Shown: positions 10,518 through 23,534, counted from the first letter of the stretch. The stretch is 64,000 nucleotides of DNA from an uncultured delta proteobacterium (GCA_963752595.1 CAVVYZ010000009.1:288001-352000), one strand, 5' to 3'. Translations and numbers: made by a program. Notes: a model not told the origin generated them from the letters alone.

Positions 10518-11060
10518 TTACCCGTCCGAGAAAATGCTCCTGGCATATCCGTATCCATACTCCCAGCCGGACCAGAGACTGAAGAAGAGTGCGACCCACA
10601 GGAAGAATTCCCCGCCCTGCTGAAACTGGAGGCCGAGGATCGGGTAATGGACGAGCAGCGGGATGAGGGCAACACTCTGGAATGCGGTCTTATACTTGCC
10701 GAGCCAGCTCGCAGCGATCACTACATGTTTTTCAGAGGCAATCCCGCGCAGACCCGTAACCGCCATCTCTCTGCAGATCATGACAGCCACAAGCCATGCC
10801 GGTACCCTGTGCAACGGGATGAGCATGATGAGCACGGTCGAGACCAGGAGTTTGTCCGCCAGGGGGTCCAGGAGCTTCCCGAGGTCGGATTCCATATGCA
10901 TCCGCCGCGCAAGGTAGCCGTCGAGATAGTCGGTAATCGTGGCGATCAGAAACAGAACTGCGGCAACCAGGGAGTTCAGAAAAGTATCTTCAAGCAGGAG
11001 GACAGCGATAATCGGCACCGAAATGATGCGCGACAGAGTCAGTGCATTTGCGAGATTCAT
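10518..11060 (-). CDS. pgsA: CDP-diacylglycerol--glycerol-3-phosphate 3-phosphatidyltransferase
   Basis: 'NLANALTLSR', 'TDYLDGYLAR', 'GKLLDPLADK'. Confidence 0.93.
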   Translation of the reverse strand: MNLANALTLSRIISVPIIAVLLLEDTFLNSLVAAVLFLIATITDYLDGYLARRMHMESDLGKLLDPLADKLLVSTVLIMLIPLHRVPAWLVAVMICREMAVTGLRGIASEKHVVIAASWLGKYKTAFQSVALIPLLVHYPILGLQFQQGGEFFLWVALFFSLWSGWEYGYGYARSIFSDG

Positions 11061-11066
11061 TCCCTC

Positions 11067-11702
11067 TCATCTCCTCCCTCCATTCAGGATTCCAAGCACA
11101 CTTCTAACATAGTCTTGGGTCTCTTGGTAGGGTGGAATTCCTTTATATGTGTCGACCGCTCCCGGGCCTGCATTATACGCGGCCAGGGCCTTGCTTAAGT
11201 CTCCGTCGTATTTCTTCAGGAGATAGGAAATATACTTCGTGCCGCCCGTGATGTTCTCGAGAGGATCCCACGGGTCCCTCACCCCGAGGATAGATGCGGT
11301 CTCAGGCATGAGCTGCATGAGCCCCATCGCTCCTTTTGAAGAAAGGGCCAGGGGATTATAGCCCGATTCCACATGGATGATACCCTTGACCAGGTCCGGA
11401 TCGACCCCCTGGTTGACGGCGATCTGGCGGATAATGCCTTCATACTGGGTCTTCCTCATGGGTTCATAGGAAGGCCTCCTGGGAAACCTGTACGAGTACC
11501 GCTTCGGTTCGCGGTAATAGACATCCCAGTCATTGCCTGACGGAGTGTTCGTAAAACACAGGGTCCCGTCGGGAAGGCGCTTCTTGAAGATATCCGCATA
11601 GGCGGGTTTGACGGTGAACGCTATCGTCGCAAGGATGCCTGCAATACACCCCAGAAAGACTGCCTTGATAATGATGTTATTCCCACTATATTGATATTTC
11701 AT
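11067..11702 (-). CDS. Lytic transglycosylase (SLT domain)
   Basis: 'HVES', 'GAMGLMQLMP', 'ALAAYNAG', 'ETQDYV'; start uncertain. Confidence 0.88.
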   Translation of the reverse strand: MKYQYSGNNIIIKAVFLGCIAGILATIAFTVKPAYADIFKKRLPDGTLCFTNTPSGNDWDVYYREPKRYSYRFPRRPSYEPMRKTQYEGIIRQIAVNQGVDPDLVKGIIHVESGYNPLALSSKGAMGLMQLMPETASILGVRDPWDPLENITGGTKYISYLLKKYDGDLSKALAAYNAGPGAVDTYKGIPPYQETQDYVRSVLGILNGGRR

Positions 11703-11762
11703 GACATTCTTATCGTCATTCTCATTTTTTTCTTCACACCTGTTTCTTAAGGCCGACAATGC

Positions 11763-13272
11763 TTAAGCTTCCGCGCCCTTTGATAGTGTCTCTTTGGCCG
11801 CCAGCTTCCTGCCGAGGAAAACTCGCATCCTCGTTCCTTTGCCCACCGAGCTGTTGACCGTGATGAAACCCTCGTGCTCCTCGATGATCATGTACACCTT
11901 CGAGAGCCCCAGGCCTGCCCCGCGAACCTTGGAGGTGTAAAACGGGTTGAAGATATCCTTGATTTCTTCGCTCGGGATGCCTCTGCCCGTATCGATGACA
12001 TCAACGATCAGGTAATGGGGATGCAGGCTCACGTTGATCTCCATGCTCCCTTTGCCCTGCATCGATTCGCAGGCATTGACGAACAGGTGCCAGAAGGCCT
12101 CCACCAGGTAGTTGTGGTCCGCCTCGATCTCTTCGAGATTTTCCGGCACGCTCACCTCATAGGTTACTGCGCTGAATTTCCCGGAGCCGAAGGTCTTGAT
12201 GAGGGCCTCGTCGATGACCTCCTCGATGCTCGTGCTGGTGAAGTTGGGCCGGTGGATCTTGGTGTAGTTCACATACTCCTCGATATCCATGATCATGGAT
12301 TCCAGGCGTTTCACATCCTCGATGATATAATCCACGTATACCTTCTGCTTGGAATCAGGCCCCACGGACTTGCTCAGCCTCCGTGAAAACCCTCCGAGAG
12401 AAGTCAGGGAATTTCTGATTTCGTGGGCCACACCTTCCACGACCTTGCCGAGCGATGCAAGCTTCTCTGCATTTATGATCTGTCTCCTCATCATCTCGAT
12501 ATCCGTGAGATCCCGTACCACCAGGACAATACCTCCCGAATATTTTTCACTTTTCAAGGGAGATGCGGTCAGAAGACCTGAAAATATGCTCCCATCGGCC
12601 TTTCTGAATGCATACTCTTTCTCGGCATAGTCCATTCCATGAGCAAAAGCCTGCCGGATATCTGCGAGGACATCAATGGACGGGTCCGGTATGAGCACTT
12701 CCACAGGTTTGTTCTTCATATCCTCCAGGTCCCCCCAGAGTTTTGCAGCCATTGAATTCATAAACTGGATCGTGCCTCTTTTGTCGATAGTGACGACGGC
12801 TTCACCCATGGTTTCCGTTATGGTGACCAGATAATCCTTGTAGGTATCGACACTGCCTTTGAGACGGATGTTCTCCAGCAGCATTTCGTGTTCCTTGATG
12901 AGCTTGCCCGCGGTGTGAACGAGATCGGGAAACGATATGGGCTTGGTGATGTAGTCATTCGCACCGGCCTTCATGGCTTTGACTGCAATATCTTCCGACC
13001 CCTGCCCGGTGATGAATACGACCAGGGCCTGAGGGTCCGCTTTCCTGATCTCCTTCAGTACATCCAGGCCATCGAGCTCCGGCATGAGATAATCGAGCAA
13101 TGTGAGGTCGGGCTTCTGCTCCTGAAAGGCGGCCAGGGTCTCTTTCCCGTCAAAGGTCTGGATGACCTCGAACCCGTATTCAGACAAGGTTGTCTTTTAC
13201 TACATCATTCACGCTGCGGTTGTCATCCGCAATCATGATCTTCCATTTTTTTCTCTTCCCGTTATCCATCAT
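11763..13272 (-). CDS. REC-PAS-histidine kinase (frameshift near 13195)
   Basis: N-terminus MMDNGKRKKWKIMIADD in another frame joins SEYGFEV...DYLMP; H-box AHEIRN, HATPase D.G.G / GLGL. Confidence 0.85.
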
Positions 13273-13756
13273 CTTCCGGTGTCCACATCCTCACTATCTC
13301 GTCATCCGGGAGGGCATTCTTTACTTCTATTATAGGTCTGCCCGACGGCAACGCAACATGCGGAGCGATCTCGGAGAGCGGGTATATGACGAACGGCCGC
13401 TCCTCCATCCTCGGGTGGGGAATGATAAGATCCGGGGTGGATATGCTCACCCCTTTCAGCAAGAGGATATCGATATCGATGGTCCTTGGGGCGTTGAGAT
13501 AGGGCCTTTGCCTGCCGAGGCCGTCTTCGACCTTCCTGCAGGTATCGAGCAGCCACTGGGGGCTCTCTTCGCACTCGACGGCAGCCGCCAGGTTATAGTA
13601 GTTCTCCTGGGGCTCACGCACATCGTGCGGTTTTGTTTCGTAGACGCTCGATGTCTTGAAAACCCGTATCCCCGCTTTCTTCAGGTCCCTTAATGCAGAC
13701 CTGATATTGTCAAGCCTGTCTCCGAGGTTCGACCCGAGACAGAGATAGCCTATCAT
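13262..13756 (-). CDS. folK: 6-hydroxymethyl-7,8-dihydropterin pyrophosphokinase
   Basis: 'YLCLGSNLG', 'PRTIDIDIL', 'PHPRM..R.FV'. Confidence 0.93.
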   Translation of the reverse strand: MIGYLCLGSNLGDRLDNIRSALRDLKKAGIRVFKTSSVYETKPHDVREPQENYYNLAAAVECEESPQWLLDTCRKVEDGLGRQRPYLNAPRTIDIDILLLKGVSISTPDLIIPHPRMEERPFVIYPLSEIAPHVALPSGRPIIEVKNALPDDEIVRMWTPEDDG

Positions 13757-14500
13757 CTACATTACCTTGTTTTCCAGTATTCCGATACCTTGTATTTCTA
13801 TTGCGATCTCGTCACCGATATTCATGGGCCCGATGCCGGAAGGGGTACCGGTAGCGATCACATCGCCCGGGTTAAGCGTCATGACACTCGAGATGAATTC
13901 GATCAGATCGAAGACATTGAATATGAGGTTGGCAGTGTTTGACGACTGTTTGAGCTCTCCGTTGAGATATGCGCGTATGGTCAAACTGAGGGGATCTTCC
14001 AGATCGGTTACGATCCACGGACCTATGGGTGCAAAGGTATCGAAGGATTTGGACCTGGTCCACTGCCCGTCCTTTTCCTGAAGGTCCCGCGCCGTGACAT
14101 CGTTGAAGCAGGTGTAGCCGAGGATGTACTCGCGGGCATGTGCTGCCTTCACATCCTTGCATCCTCTGCCGATCACCACGGCGAGCTCGGCCTCATAATC
14201 CACCCGGGAAGATTGCGCCGGATAGCGGATCGCATCGAGATGCCCTATCACGCTCGTCGATGGCTTCATGAACAGAATAGGCTCCTTCGGGAGCTCAATA
14301 CCCATCTCCTGGGCATGGTCCCGGTAATTCAGGCCGACGGCCACGATCTTGCCCGGGACCACGGGAGGCAGCATGCGTGTGATCGTAACCCGCTCACCGG
14401 TGTGAAGCGTTTCCGGATCGTATGCCCTGTAATCTCCTTCGCCCTCGGAGGAAACCGTCACGATCCCTCCTCCGTTAATTTCAGCCCTTCCGATCTTCAT
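13757..14500 (-). CDS. Fumarylacetoacetate hydrolase family protein
   Basis: 'KIVAVGLNY..H', 'YEAEL', 'NDVTARD', 'K.FDTF', 'TGTP.G'. Confidence 0.9.
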   Translation of the reverse strand: MKIGRAEINGGGIVTVSSEGEGDYRAYDPETLHTGERVTITRMLPPVVPGKIVAVGLNYRDHAQEMGIELPKEPILFMKPSTSVIGHLDAIRYPAQSSRVDYEAELAVVIGRGCKDVKAAHAREYILGYTCFNDVTARDLQEKDGQWTRSKSFDTFAPIGPWIVTDLEDPLSLTIRAYLNGELKQSSNTANLIFNVFDLIEFISSVMTLNPGDVIATGTPSGIGPMNIGDEIAIEIQGIGILENKVM

Positions 14501-14503
14501 ATC

Positions 14504-15304
14504 TTATAGTCCCAGCACATCTATCATGGAGTACATTCCCGGCGCCTTGTCATGCACCCACCTAGCGGCGCGCACCGCACCGCTGGCAAAATTCTGTCTC
14601 GTGTGCGCCCGGTGGGTGATCTCGATGCGCTCGCTGTTGCCTGCGAACAGAACCGTGTGGTCCCCGATAATGTCCCCTGCCCGGAGCGTCTGGATGCCGA
14701 TCTGGCCGTCCGGCCTCCGGCCTATGATACCATGGCGCTCGTAGCAGGCGTGGTCGGCAAGGTCCACCCCTTTTGCCTCGGCGACAGCACGGGCCAGGCC
14801 CAGTGCCGTTCCCGACGGTGCATCTTTCTTGAGCCGGTGGTGCGCCTCGACGATCTCCACATCATATGCATCGCCCAGCATCTTTGCCAGGATGGCGGTC
14901 ACCTTGAACATCACGTTGACGCCGATGCTCATGTTCGGAGACACGACCATGGGAATGCTTTTCGCATACGACCGAAGCTGCGACGACTGCTCATCGGAGA
15001 GCCCAGTGGTCCCGATTACGAGGGCTTTGTTCGCTCTCGCCGCGTAATGCGCAAGCTTCATGGTCACCTCGGGATGGGAGAAATCGATGATCACCCCGGC
15101 AGGCTTGAAGGCGTGCTCCATATCGTCCGATATCTTGATGTCGAGAGAGCCTGCACCGATGATCAGTCCGGCATCGGCCCCGATACACTTGTGCCCCGGC
15201 GCTTCAAGCGCGCCGGCGAGCTTAAAGTCTTCTTCCTCGGTAACCAGGAGCCCTATGAAAGAGCCCATCTTTCCCGCTATGCCTGTTACACCAGTCTCAA
15301 TCAC
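14504..15304 (-). CDS. dapB: 4-hydroxy-tetrahydrodipicolinate reductase
   Basis: 'GTTG', 'EAHHRLKKDAPSGTA'. Confidence 0.95.
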   Translation of the reverse strand: MIETGVTGIAGKMGSFIGLLVTEEEDFKLAGALEAPGHKCIGADAGLIIGAGSLDIKISDDMEHAFKPAGVIIDFSHPEVTMKLAHYAARANKALVIGTTGLSDEQSSQLRSYAKSIPMVVSPNMSIGVNVMFKVTAILAKMLGDAYDVEIVEAHHRLKKDAPSGTALGLARAVAEAKGVDLADHACYERHGIIGRRPDGQIGIQTLRAGDIIGDHTVLFAGNSERIEITHRAHTRQNFASGAVRAARWVHDKAPGMYSMIDVLGL

Positions 15305-15321
15305 CTATTTATCCTCCGGTT

Positions 15322-16209
15322 CTATATCAAGACTTTATCTATGCATCCGTATTTTTCAAGGATCGCAGCGAGCTTTTTCCGGTTCGCAGGCTCCATGGGG
15401 CACAACGGCAGCTTGAACTCCTCCCGGACCTTACCCATCATGGCGAGTGCGGTCTTCACCGGTATGGGGTTGGTCTCGATGAACAGAGCACTGTTGATCT
15501 CGAGGAGCTCGAAATGGAGCTTTCTCGCCTGTGCAAGATCGCCGGCATGCCAGGCATTGATCATGCCCGAGAGCTTGTCGGGCATGATGTTCGCCGTTAC
15601 CGAGATGGCGCCCGTACCTCCTACGCACAGAATCGGCAGGTTCAGGGCATCCTCTCCGGAGAGCACACAGAAATCGTCCCGGGTATCCCTTGCAATCTGC
15701 GAGCACTTCACGAGATCGCCGCTCGCCTCCTTGATGCCGACGATGACGTCGATCTTCGAAAGCGCTATGGCCGTCTCGGTGCTCATGTTCACGCCGGTCC
15801 TGCCGGGTACATTGTAGAGGATCTGCGGGATATCGCAGGCCGCTGCAACCGCGGCATAGTGATCGTACAGACCCTTCTGGGTGGGCTTGTTATAGTACGG
15901 CGTAATGAGCAGGGCTGCATCCGCGCCTGCCTGCTTGGCATGCTTCGTGAGCCTTATAGCCTCTGCCGTCGAGTTTGAGCCGGTTCCGGCTATCACCGGG
16001 ACCCGTTTCGCTGCCTCTTCCACACAGATATCCATTACCCGCTCGTGCTCTTCATGGGTCAGGGTCGCAGATTCCCCGGTCGTCCCGCAGGGAACGATCC
16101 CTGAAACCCCGGCACCGATCTGGAAATTGATCAGGTCCCTGAAGGCCTTTTCATCTATCTTTCCGTCCTTGAACGGAGTTACGATTGCTACGATCGCACC
16201 AGAAAACAT
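15322..16209 (-). CDS. dapA: 4-hydroxy-tetrahydrodipicolinate synthase
   Basis: 'GTTGES', 'YNVPGRT', 'GIKEASG'. Confidence 0.95.
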   Translation of the reverse strand: MFSGAIVAIVTPFKDGKIDEKAFRDLINFQIGAGVSGIVPCGTTGESATLTHEEHERVMDICVEEAAKRVPVIAGTGSNSTAEAIRLTKHAKQAGADAALLITPYYNKPTQKGLYDHYAAVAAACDIPQILYNVPGRTGVNMSTETAIALSKIDVIVGIKEASGDLVKCSQIARDTRDDFCVLSGEDALNLPILCVGGTGAISVTANIMPDKLSGMINAWHAGDLAQARKLHFELLEINSALFIETNPIPVKTALAMMGKVREEFKLPLCPMEPANRKKLAAILEKYGCIDKVLI

Positions 16210-16212
16210 TGC

Positions 16213-17481
16213 TTACCCCCGTATATCTCGAACTGCTCCGGGGACAACCTCCCCGGACACCAGGTCTTCATATGCTTGTCTTTTCAATACCACATAATAC
16301 TTCGCCCCATCCACCAAAACCTCGGGCGGTTTCGTCCGCGAGTTGTAGTTGGACGACATGGTGAATCCGTAAGCGCCTGCGCTCATCACAGCGATCATAT
16401 CGCCCCGGGTGAGAATGGGCAGCTCACGGTTCTTGGCCAGGAAATCGCCGGACTCGCAGATGGGACCGACCACGTCCACGGTTTCCCGTTCTTCTGATTT
16501 TTCCTGAATCGGCTTGATATCATGATATGCCCCATAGAGAGACGGCCTGAGGAGGTCGTTCATCCCGGCATCCACCACGATGAAGGTCTTGCTTTTTGTC
16601 TGCTTGCGGTAGAGCACGCTCGCCACCATGATGCCGGCATTGCCCACGATCACCCTCCCCGGTTCGAAAATGACCTTTAAGCCCAGGGGGCCTACGGCCC
16701 CGAGGATAGCCCGGCAATAGTCTCTCGGGTGAGGCGGCTCCTCGTCCGAGTAGGTGATGCCCAGCCCTCCGCCGAGATCGAGATACTTGAGTGAAACCCC
16801 GTGGCTCTTCAGCTCTCCGATGAGCATCTTGAGCCGCTCCACTGCATCGATAAACGGGCTTAAGTCGGTCAGCTGGCTCCCGATGTGGCAGTCTATGCCC
16901 ACAATCTCGATGTGCTCCATGTCTTTTGCCTTGAGGTACTGCGCCAATGACCCTTCGACATCGATCCCGAACTTGTTTTCCTTCATGCCCGTGGATATGT
17001 ACGGATGGGTCATGGGGTTCACGTCCGGGTTCACCCGTATGGATATGGGCGCCTTTCTGCTCAAGAGCCCGGCGCGCTCATTGATAACCTCGAGCTCCTG
17101 CTCGCTCTCGATGTTGAACATCATGATCCCGGCCTCAATGGCCATGTCGATCTCATCCGTTGTCTTGCCCACCCCGGAATAAACGATCTTGCTTCCGGGA
17201 ATCCCTGCTCTAAGCGCCCGGTAGAGCTCGCCGCCGGAAACCACGTCTGCACCAAGACCCAGCCGTGCCATGCAACTCAGGATAGCGAGGTTCGAATTGG
17301 CCTTCATGGCAAAACACGTCTGGTGATCTACCCCGGCCAGCGGCTCTTCGAAAGCGCGGATATGCCTGTAGAGCGTAGGCAAGCTGTAGCAGTAAAAAGG
17401 CGTGCCCACTTCCTTTGCGATCTCCTCCAGAGCCACGTCCCCGCAATACAGTTTCCCCTGCCGGTAATCGAAATCGTGCAT
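16213..17481 (-). CDS. lysA: Diaminopimelate decarboxylase
   Basis: 'AMKAN', 'HIGSQ', 'EPGR', 'GPICESGD'. Confidence 0.95.
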   Translation of the reverse strand: MHDFDYRQGKLYCGDVALEEIAKEVGTPFYCYSLPTLYRHIRAFEEPLAGVDHQTCFAMKANSNLAILSCMARLGLGADVVSGGELYRALRAGIPGSKIVYSGVGKTTDEIDMAIEAGIMMFNIESEQELEVINERAGLLSRKAPISIRVNPDVNPMTHPYISTGMKENKFGIDVEGSLAQYLKAKDMEHIEIVGIDCHIGSQLTDLSPFIDAVERLKMLIGELKSHGVSLKYLDLGGGLGITYSDEEPPHPRDYCRAILGAVGPLGLKVIFEPGRVIVGNAGIMVASVLYRKQTKSKTFIVVDAGMNDLLRPSLYGAYHDIKPIQEKSEERETVDVVGPICESGDFLAKNRELPILTRGDMIAVMSAGAYGFTMSSNYNSRTKPPEVLVDGAKYYVVLKRQAYEDLVSGEVVPGAVRDIRG

Positions 17482-17585
17482 ATCCTTTTCTCCTCGCGTG
17501 TTACGTGTAATCCACTAAATATAATGCATGAGCTCCCGGGATCTCCGTGCTCTTTGGCTTGTAATCCATGCATCTTACCTTTGAA

Positions 17586-17978
17586 TTATTGTTTCCTCAC
17601 GACCCGTGCGCCGGTCATGAATGAGATCGTTCCCTTTTCGAAAACGAGACGGTAGACCATGTAATCCGACTCGGGCTTCGGGTCTTTCAGGACAATGGTG
17701 CCCTTTTGTTCTGCCACCTTCTCATCCCTTTTTGTCAGGTCATCCGTACAGGAAGGGCATAAGCCTTTTGGCTTTCCGAGGAGAGTTATTTTTCCCCCTG
17801 CGATACTGCTTCCGGCACGGGCCTCTACGGATCCGTCATCCATGAAATCTATTGCCGAAATCTCTACGGGATCACCCTGCCCGGGCGGCAATGGGGGCAG
17901 CTTCCGGCCGCAGCCTGAACCGAGGGCCAGTGTCAGCCCGAGCAGACAGACGGTCACTGCCCTGCAGCTATTCCTCAA
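17586..17978 (-). CDS. Lipoprotein (LptM/YifL-like N-terminus)
   Basis: Lipobox 'LGSGC' followed by GRKLPPLPP; located between argH and lysA. Confidence 0.6.
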   Translation of the reverse strand: MRNSCRAVTVCLLGLTLALGSGCGRKLPPLPPGQGDPVEISAIDFMDDGSVEARAGSSIAGGKITLLGKPKGLCPSCTDDLTKRDEKVAEQKGTIVLKDPKPESDYMVYRLVFEKGTISFMTGARVVRKQ

Positions 17979-19351
17979 GGCCTTCTATCCTCGCCTTGGC
18001 ATCTTCGATCATGTTCCTGACATTATCCCTGGCCGTTCCTCCGAAGCTCATGCGCCTGTCAACCGAGTTCTGGGGCTTGACGGCCTCCAGGATGTCGGAA
18101 TCGAAGGTTTGCGAAAAGCTCCTGAATTCATCCAGGTTCAGACTTTCCAGCGTCTTCCCCTGTGCGCTGAGCTCGGAGACGATCCGCCGGTTATCCTGTG
18201 CGCCTCCCGGAAGGGAATGCCTTTGCCCACCAGGTAGTCGGCCACGTCGGTCGCCGTGATATAGCCCTCGCTCAAGGAGCGCTTCAATGCATCCCTGTTC
18301 ATCTCCATGCCGCTTAACAGCCCGGTCATCACCTCGATGCACATCGCGACCGTGTCGAGACTCTCCATCACGGCCTTCTTGTCTTCCTGCATGTCCCTGT
18401 TGTATGCGAGCGGCAGGCCCTTCATCATGGTGAGCAGGGCCACGAGGCTGCCGTACACGCCTCCCACCTTGCCGCGCACGAGCTCGGCAACGTCCGGGTT
18501 CTTCTTCTGGGGCATGATAGAGCTTCCCGTGCAGAATGCATCGGGGAGTTCGACGAACGAGTACGGCTTCGAGTTCCAGATGATGATCTCCTCGGCGAGC
18601 CTGCTCAGGTGCATCATGATGAGTGAGGCGCCGAACACGGCCTCGCATGCGAAGTCCCGGTCGCTCACGCCGTCGATGGAATTCCGGCACGGCTCTTCGA
18701 ACTGCAATTCCGCTGCGGTCATGAAGCGGTCGATGGCATGCGGGGTGCCTGCAAAAGCGGCAGAACCCAAAGGAGATATGTTGAGCCTTCTCCCGGCATC
18801 CTTCATGCGGTCGTAGTCACGCAGGAACATCTCGAAATATGCGAGCAGGTGGTGGCCGAAAGAGACGGGCTGGGCATGCTGGAGGTGCGTCATGCCCGGG
18901 ATGATGGTATCCACGTTCGCGGACGCCTTTTCCACCAGACAGGCCAGGAGTTCTTTCAGGAGACGCCTGACCTCTCCCAGATATTCCCGGACAAAAAGCC
19001 GGAAATCCGTCGCGACCTGGTCGTTGCGGCTCCGGGCCGTATGGAGCTTCTTCCCTGCCTCGCCGATCCTTTTCGTGAGCTCCACCTCGATGTTCATGTG
19101 CACGTCTTCGAGCTCGGGGTCAAAGGCAAAGGTGCCCTCTTCGATATCCTTCATGATGCCCTGGAGTCCTGAGACAACGGCATCCGCCTCGCTTTCGCTC
19201 AAGAGGCCCGCTGTCATGAGCATCTTCGCATGGGCGATGCTGCCCTCGATATCCTGGGCATAGAGCGCCGCGTCGACGCTCACCGACTCGGTGAATTCCT
19301 CAACCAGGCTGTCGGTCTCCTGGCTGAACCTTCCTGACCACGGCTTGTCCT

Positions 19352-19355
<4 letters not shown>
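17968..19355 (-). CDS. argH: Argininosuccinate lyase (frameshift near 18180)
   Basis: 'WSGRF', 'RSRNDQV', '[11 protein letters not shown]'; C-terminus in second frame. Confidence 0.92.
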
Positions 19356-20557
<1,202 letters not shown>

Positions 20558-20565
20558 GATTCTCT

Positions 20566-21481
20566 TCACCCCTTCCTGCTGTGTCGTAGTAAAAAATCCA
20601 TGATCGCTTCCTGGATGTACAGCCTGTTCTGCGCCTGTTCCCAGACAACGGACTGATCTCCCTCCAGAACCGCCTCGCTCACCTCTTCACCCCGGTGGGC
20701 CGGCAGGCAGTGCATGAACACTGCTCCTTTCGCCGCGCCGGCCATGAGGGTTCCATCGACTTCAAAACCTTTGAACGCCCGCTGCCGGAACTCGGCCTCG
20801 TCCTCCTGTCCCATGCTCGCCCATACATCCGTATTGACGGCAACTGCGCCGGAGGCCGCTTCCACGGGGTCTCTCAACAGGCGACACCTTTGCACCCCGG
20901 CTCACCGCTGCATCGAGGACGCCCGGGTTCGGGTCATACCCTTCCGGACATGCCAGGTCGAGCTCGAAGTCGAGCAGAGCTGCGGCTTCTATCCACGAGT
21001 TCGCCATGTTGTTCCCGTCCCCGATCCAGGCTACTTTTTTGCCTTTCAGCGTGCCGAAGATATTTTCCAGGGTAAAGCAGTCGGCAAGCACCTGGCAGGG
21101 ATGCTGGAGGTCGGTGAGCGCGTTGATCACCGGCACGTCGGCCCACTGGGCCATTTCCTGTACGCGGTCGTGGCCGAAGGTCCGCATGACGATGCAGTCG
21201 CAGTAGCCTGAAAGGACGCGCGCCGTATCCCGAAGCGGCTCGCCCCGGGACATCTGCGATCCGGCGGGCGTGAGCACGATGGGATGCCCTCCCAGACGCG
21301 CCACCCCCACCTCGAAGGAGATACGTGTCCTGGTGGAAGCCTTCTCGAAGAGAAGCACCACGGACTTGCCCCTCAAGCTTGCAGGCGGGGTGCCCTCCTT
21401 ATACGTGCGGGCATTGGAGAATATCTCCCGTGCCTCGGCATTTGTGAGGTCGATAATCGTAAGGAAATCCCTGTGTGCCAT
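20566..21481 (-). CDS. argF: Ornithine carbamoyltransferase (frameshift near 20880)
   Basis: 'STRTR', 'HPCQ', 'DVWASMG', 'HCLP'. Confidence 0.92.
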
Positions 21482-22645
21482 TATAGACCTTTCTCCTTCA
21501 AGAGTTCATGAATGATTGCAACGGCCTCGTCGCATTCATCCCTGCGAGATGACGAGAGGCGGAACGAGCCTGAGGATATTCGTCTGGATCACGTTGAGCA
21601 GGATCCCCTTTTTCAGGCCGCCTACGGGCAGCGAGCTGATGTCTGCATCGAATTCCACGCCGATCATGAGTCCCCGGGCCCTGATATCCCTGATGCTCGG
21701 GTGCAGGAGCCTGAGGCCTTCTATCTTGTCTGCAAGGTACCTGCCCGTCTCCCTGCTCTTTTGCGCGATCTCTTCTTCGACCATGACGGAAAACGTTGCG
21801 AGCGATGCGGCCATGGCAAGCGGGTTGCCGCCGAAGGTCGAGGCGTGGGAACCCGGAACGAACGCCTCGGCGATTTCGGGCCGCGCTACGACTGCGCCCA
21901 CGGGAAAGCCGTTCCCCAGGGCCTTTGCAAGGGTCATGATGTCCGGCACCACGTCTTCGAGCATGTACCCGAATAGCTCGCCCGTCCTGGCCATGCCGGT
22001 CTGCACCTCATCGAACACCAGGAGAAGCCCCTGGCTGTCACAGAGTTCCCTCACTCTCTCCAGATAACCGGGTGGAGGGATCCTCACCCCGCCCTCGCCC
22101 TGGATGGGCTCCATCATGATCGCGCCGATCGAATCGTCTATGGCGGATTTCAATGCCTCGAAGTCCCCGAACGGCACGGTGAGAAATCCTTCGGGCAGAG
22201 GTTCGAAGCCTTTCTTGACCTTGTCCTGGCCCGTGGCGGTGAGCGTTGCCAGGGTCCTTCCGTGGAAAGATCCGTTTAAGGTTATGATCCTCGGGCCTCT
22301 GCGGGAGATCGTGTTGCAGTACTTCCTCACCAGCTTGATCGCACCCTCGTTCGCCTCGGCTCCCGAGTTGCAGAAGAACGCTCTCGATTCGAAGCTGTTC
22401 TCCGCTATCATCCGGGCGAGCGTTTCCTGCTTGGGGATGCGGTATATGTTGGAGCAGTGGAACAACTCGAGGGCCTGCTTACGGAGGGCCTCGACCACCA
22501 CAGGGTGCGTATGCCCGAGGTTGCACACGGCAATCCCGGCAACCATGTCGAGATACTCGTTTTCGGAATCATCCCAGAGCCTGCAGCCGTGACCGCGCTC
22601 CAGCGCTACGGGCAGCCGGGAATAGGTATCCATTACGTGTCCCAC
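21481..22645 (-). CDS. argD: Acetylornithine aminotransferase (frameshift near 21540)
   Basis: 'SGAEANE', 'FHGRT', 'DEVQTG', 'AKAL'; tail DECDEAVAIIHELLKEKGL in next frame ends at TAA overlapping argF ATG. Confidence 0.9.
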
Positions 22646-22652
22646 GTCTTCA

Positions 22653-23534
22653 TTACTCCTTTACGATCTGTGTGCCGATGCCGGAATCGGTGAAGAGTTC
22701 CAGGAGGATCGAGTAGGGGATGCGGCCGTCAATGATATGCGCCTTGTTTACCCCCCCTTCGAGCGCCCTCATGCAGCACTCCATTTTCGGGATCATGCCG
22801 CCGGTCACCACGCCGGTGGATATGAGCTTGTTGATCTGAGAATACTTCATGCTCGAGACGAGCTTGCCGTCTTTATCCAGAACTCCCTGCTCGTCGGTCA
22901 GGATGATGAGCTTTTCGACCTTCATGTGCCTGGCGATTTCTGCGGCAACGGTATCCGCATTGATGTTGTACGTCAGACCGTCATCGCCGACGCCCGAAGG
23001 GGCGATGACCGCAACGAACCCTGCCTTTTCCACGGCGTCGATGATCTCGGTATTGACGCCGGTGACCTCTCCCACATGGCCCATATCCACGGCCTCGACC
23101 TTGCCTTCCTTATCTTTCCTGGAATGAAAGAGCTTCCGTGCCCTGATGAGCCCGCCGTCTTTGCCCGAAAGGCCTACGGCCTTGCCGCCGTCTTTATTGA
23201 TGAGCTGGACGATCTCCTTGTTGATGCCGCCCGCGAGCACCATCTCCACCACGTCCATGGTCGCCGAATCGGTGACGCGCTTGCCGTCGATGAAGCTCGA
23301 CTCGATGCCGAGCTTGTCGAGCATGGTGTTGATCTGGGGCCCGCCGCCGTGCACCACGATCACCTGGATGCCGACATAGTGGAACAGGACGATCTGCTTG
23401 GCGAATATTTCTTTCAGTTCGGGGTTTACCATGGCATGACCGCCGTACTTGACGACGATCCTCCTGCCTCTGAAATCTTTGATGTAGGGAAGCGCCTCGA
23501 CGAGGATCTTTGCCCTGTTTATTGCTTGTTCCAT
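22653..23534 (-). CDS. argB: Acetylglutamate kinase
   Basis: 'VKYGGHAM', 'HGGGPQI', 'NINAD', 'GGMIPK'. Confidence 0.95.
   Translation of the reverse strand: MEQAINRAKILVEALPYIKDFRGRRIVVKYGGHAMVNPELKEIFAKQIVLFHYVGIQVIVVHGGGPQINTMLDKLGIESSFIDGKRVTDSATMDVVEMVLAGGINKEIVQLINKDGGKAVGLSGKDGGLIRARKLFHSRKDKEGKVEAVDMGHVGEVTGVNTEIIDAVEKAGFVAVIAPSGVGDDGLTYNINADTVAAEIARHMKVEKLIILTDEQGVLDKDGKLVSSMKYSQINKLISTGVVTGGMIPKMECCMRALEGGVNKAHIIDGRIPYSILLELFTDSGIGTQIVKE

Noticed and set aside
14552-15817. 421-aa plus-strand ORF (and similar shadows at 28298-29446, 38753-40003, 47434-48504)
   Set aside because: Antisense to well-supported genes
21536-21538. TGA in argD (and one near 13183) as possible selenocysteine
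   Set aside because: Continuation is in a different frame, no Cys homolog position, no SECIS
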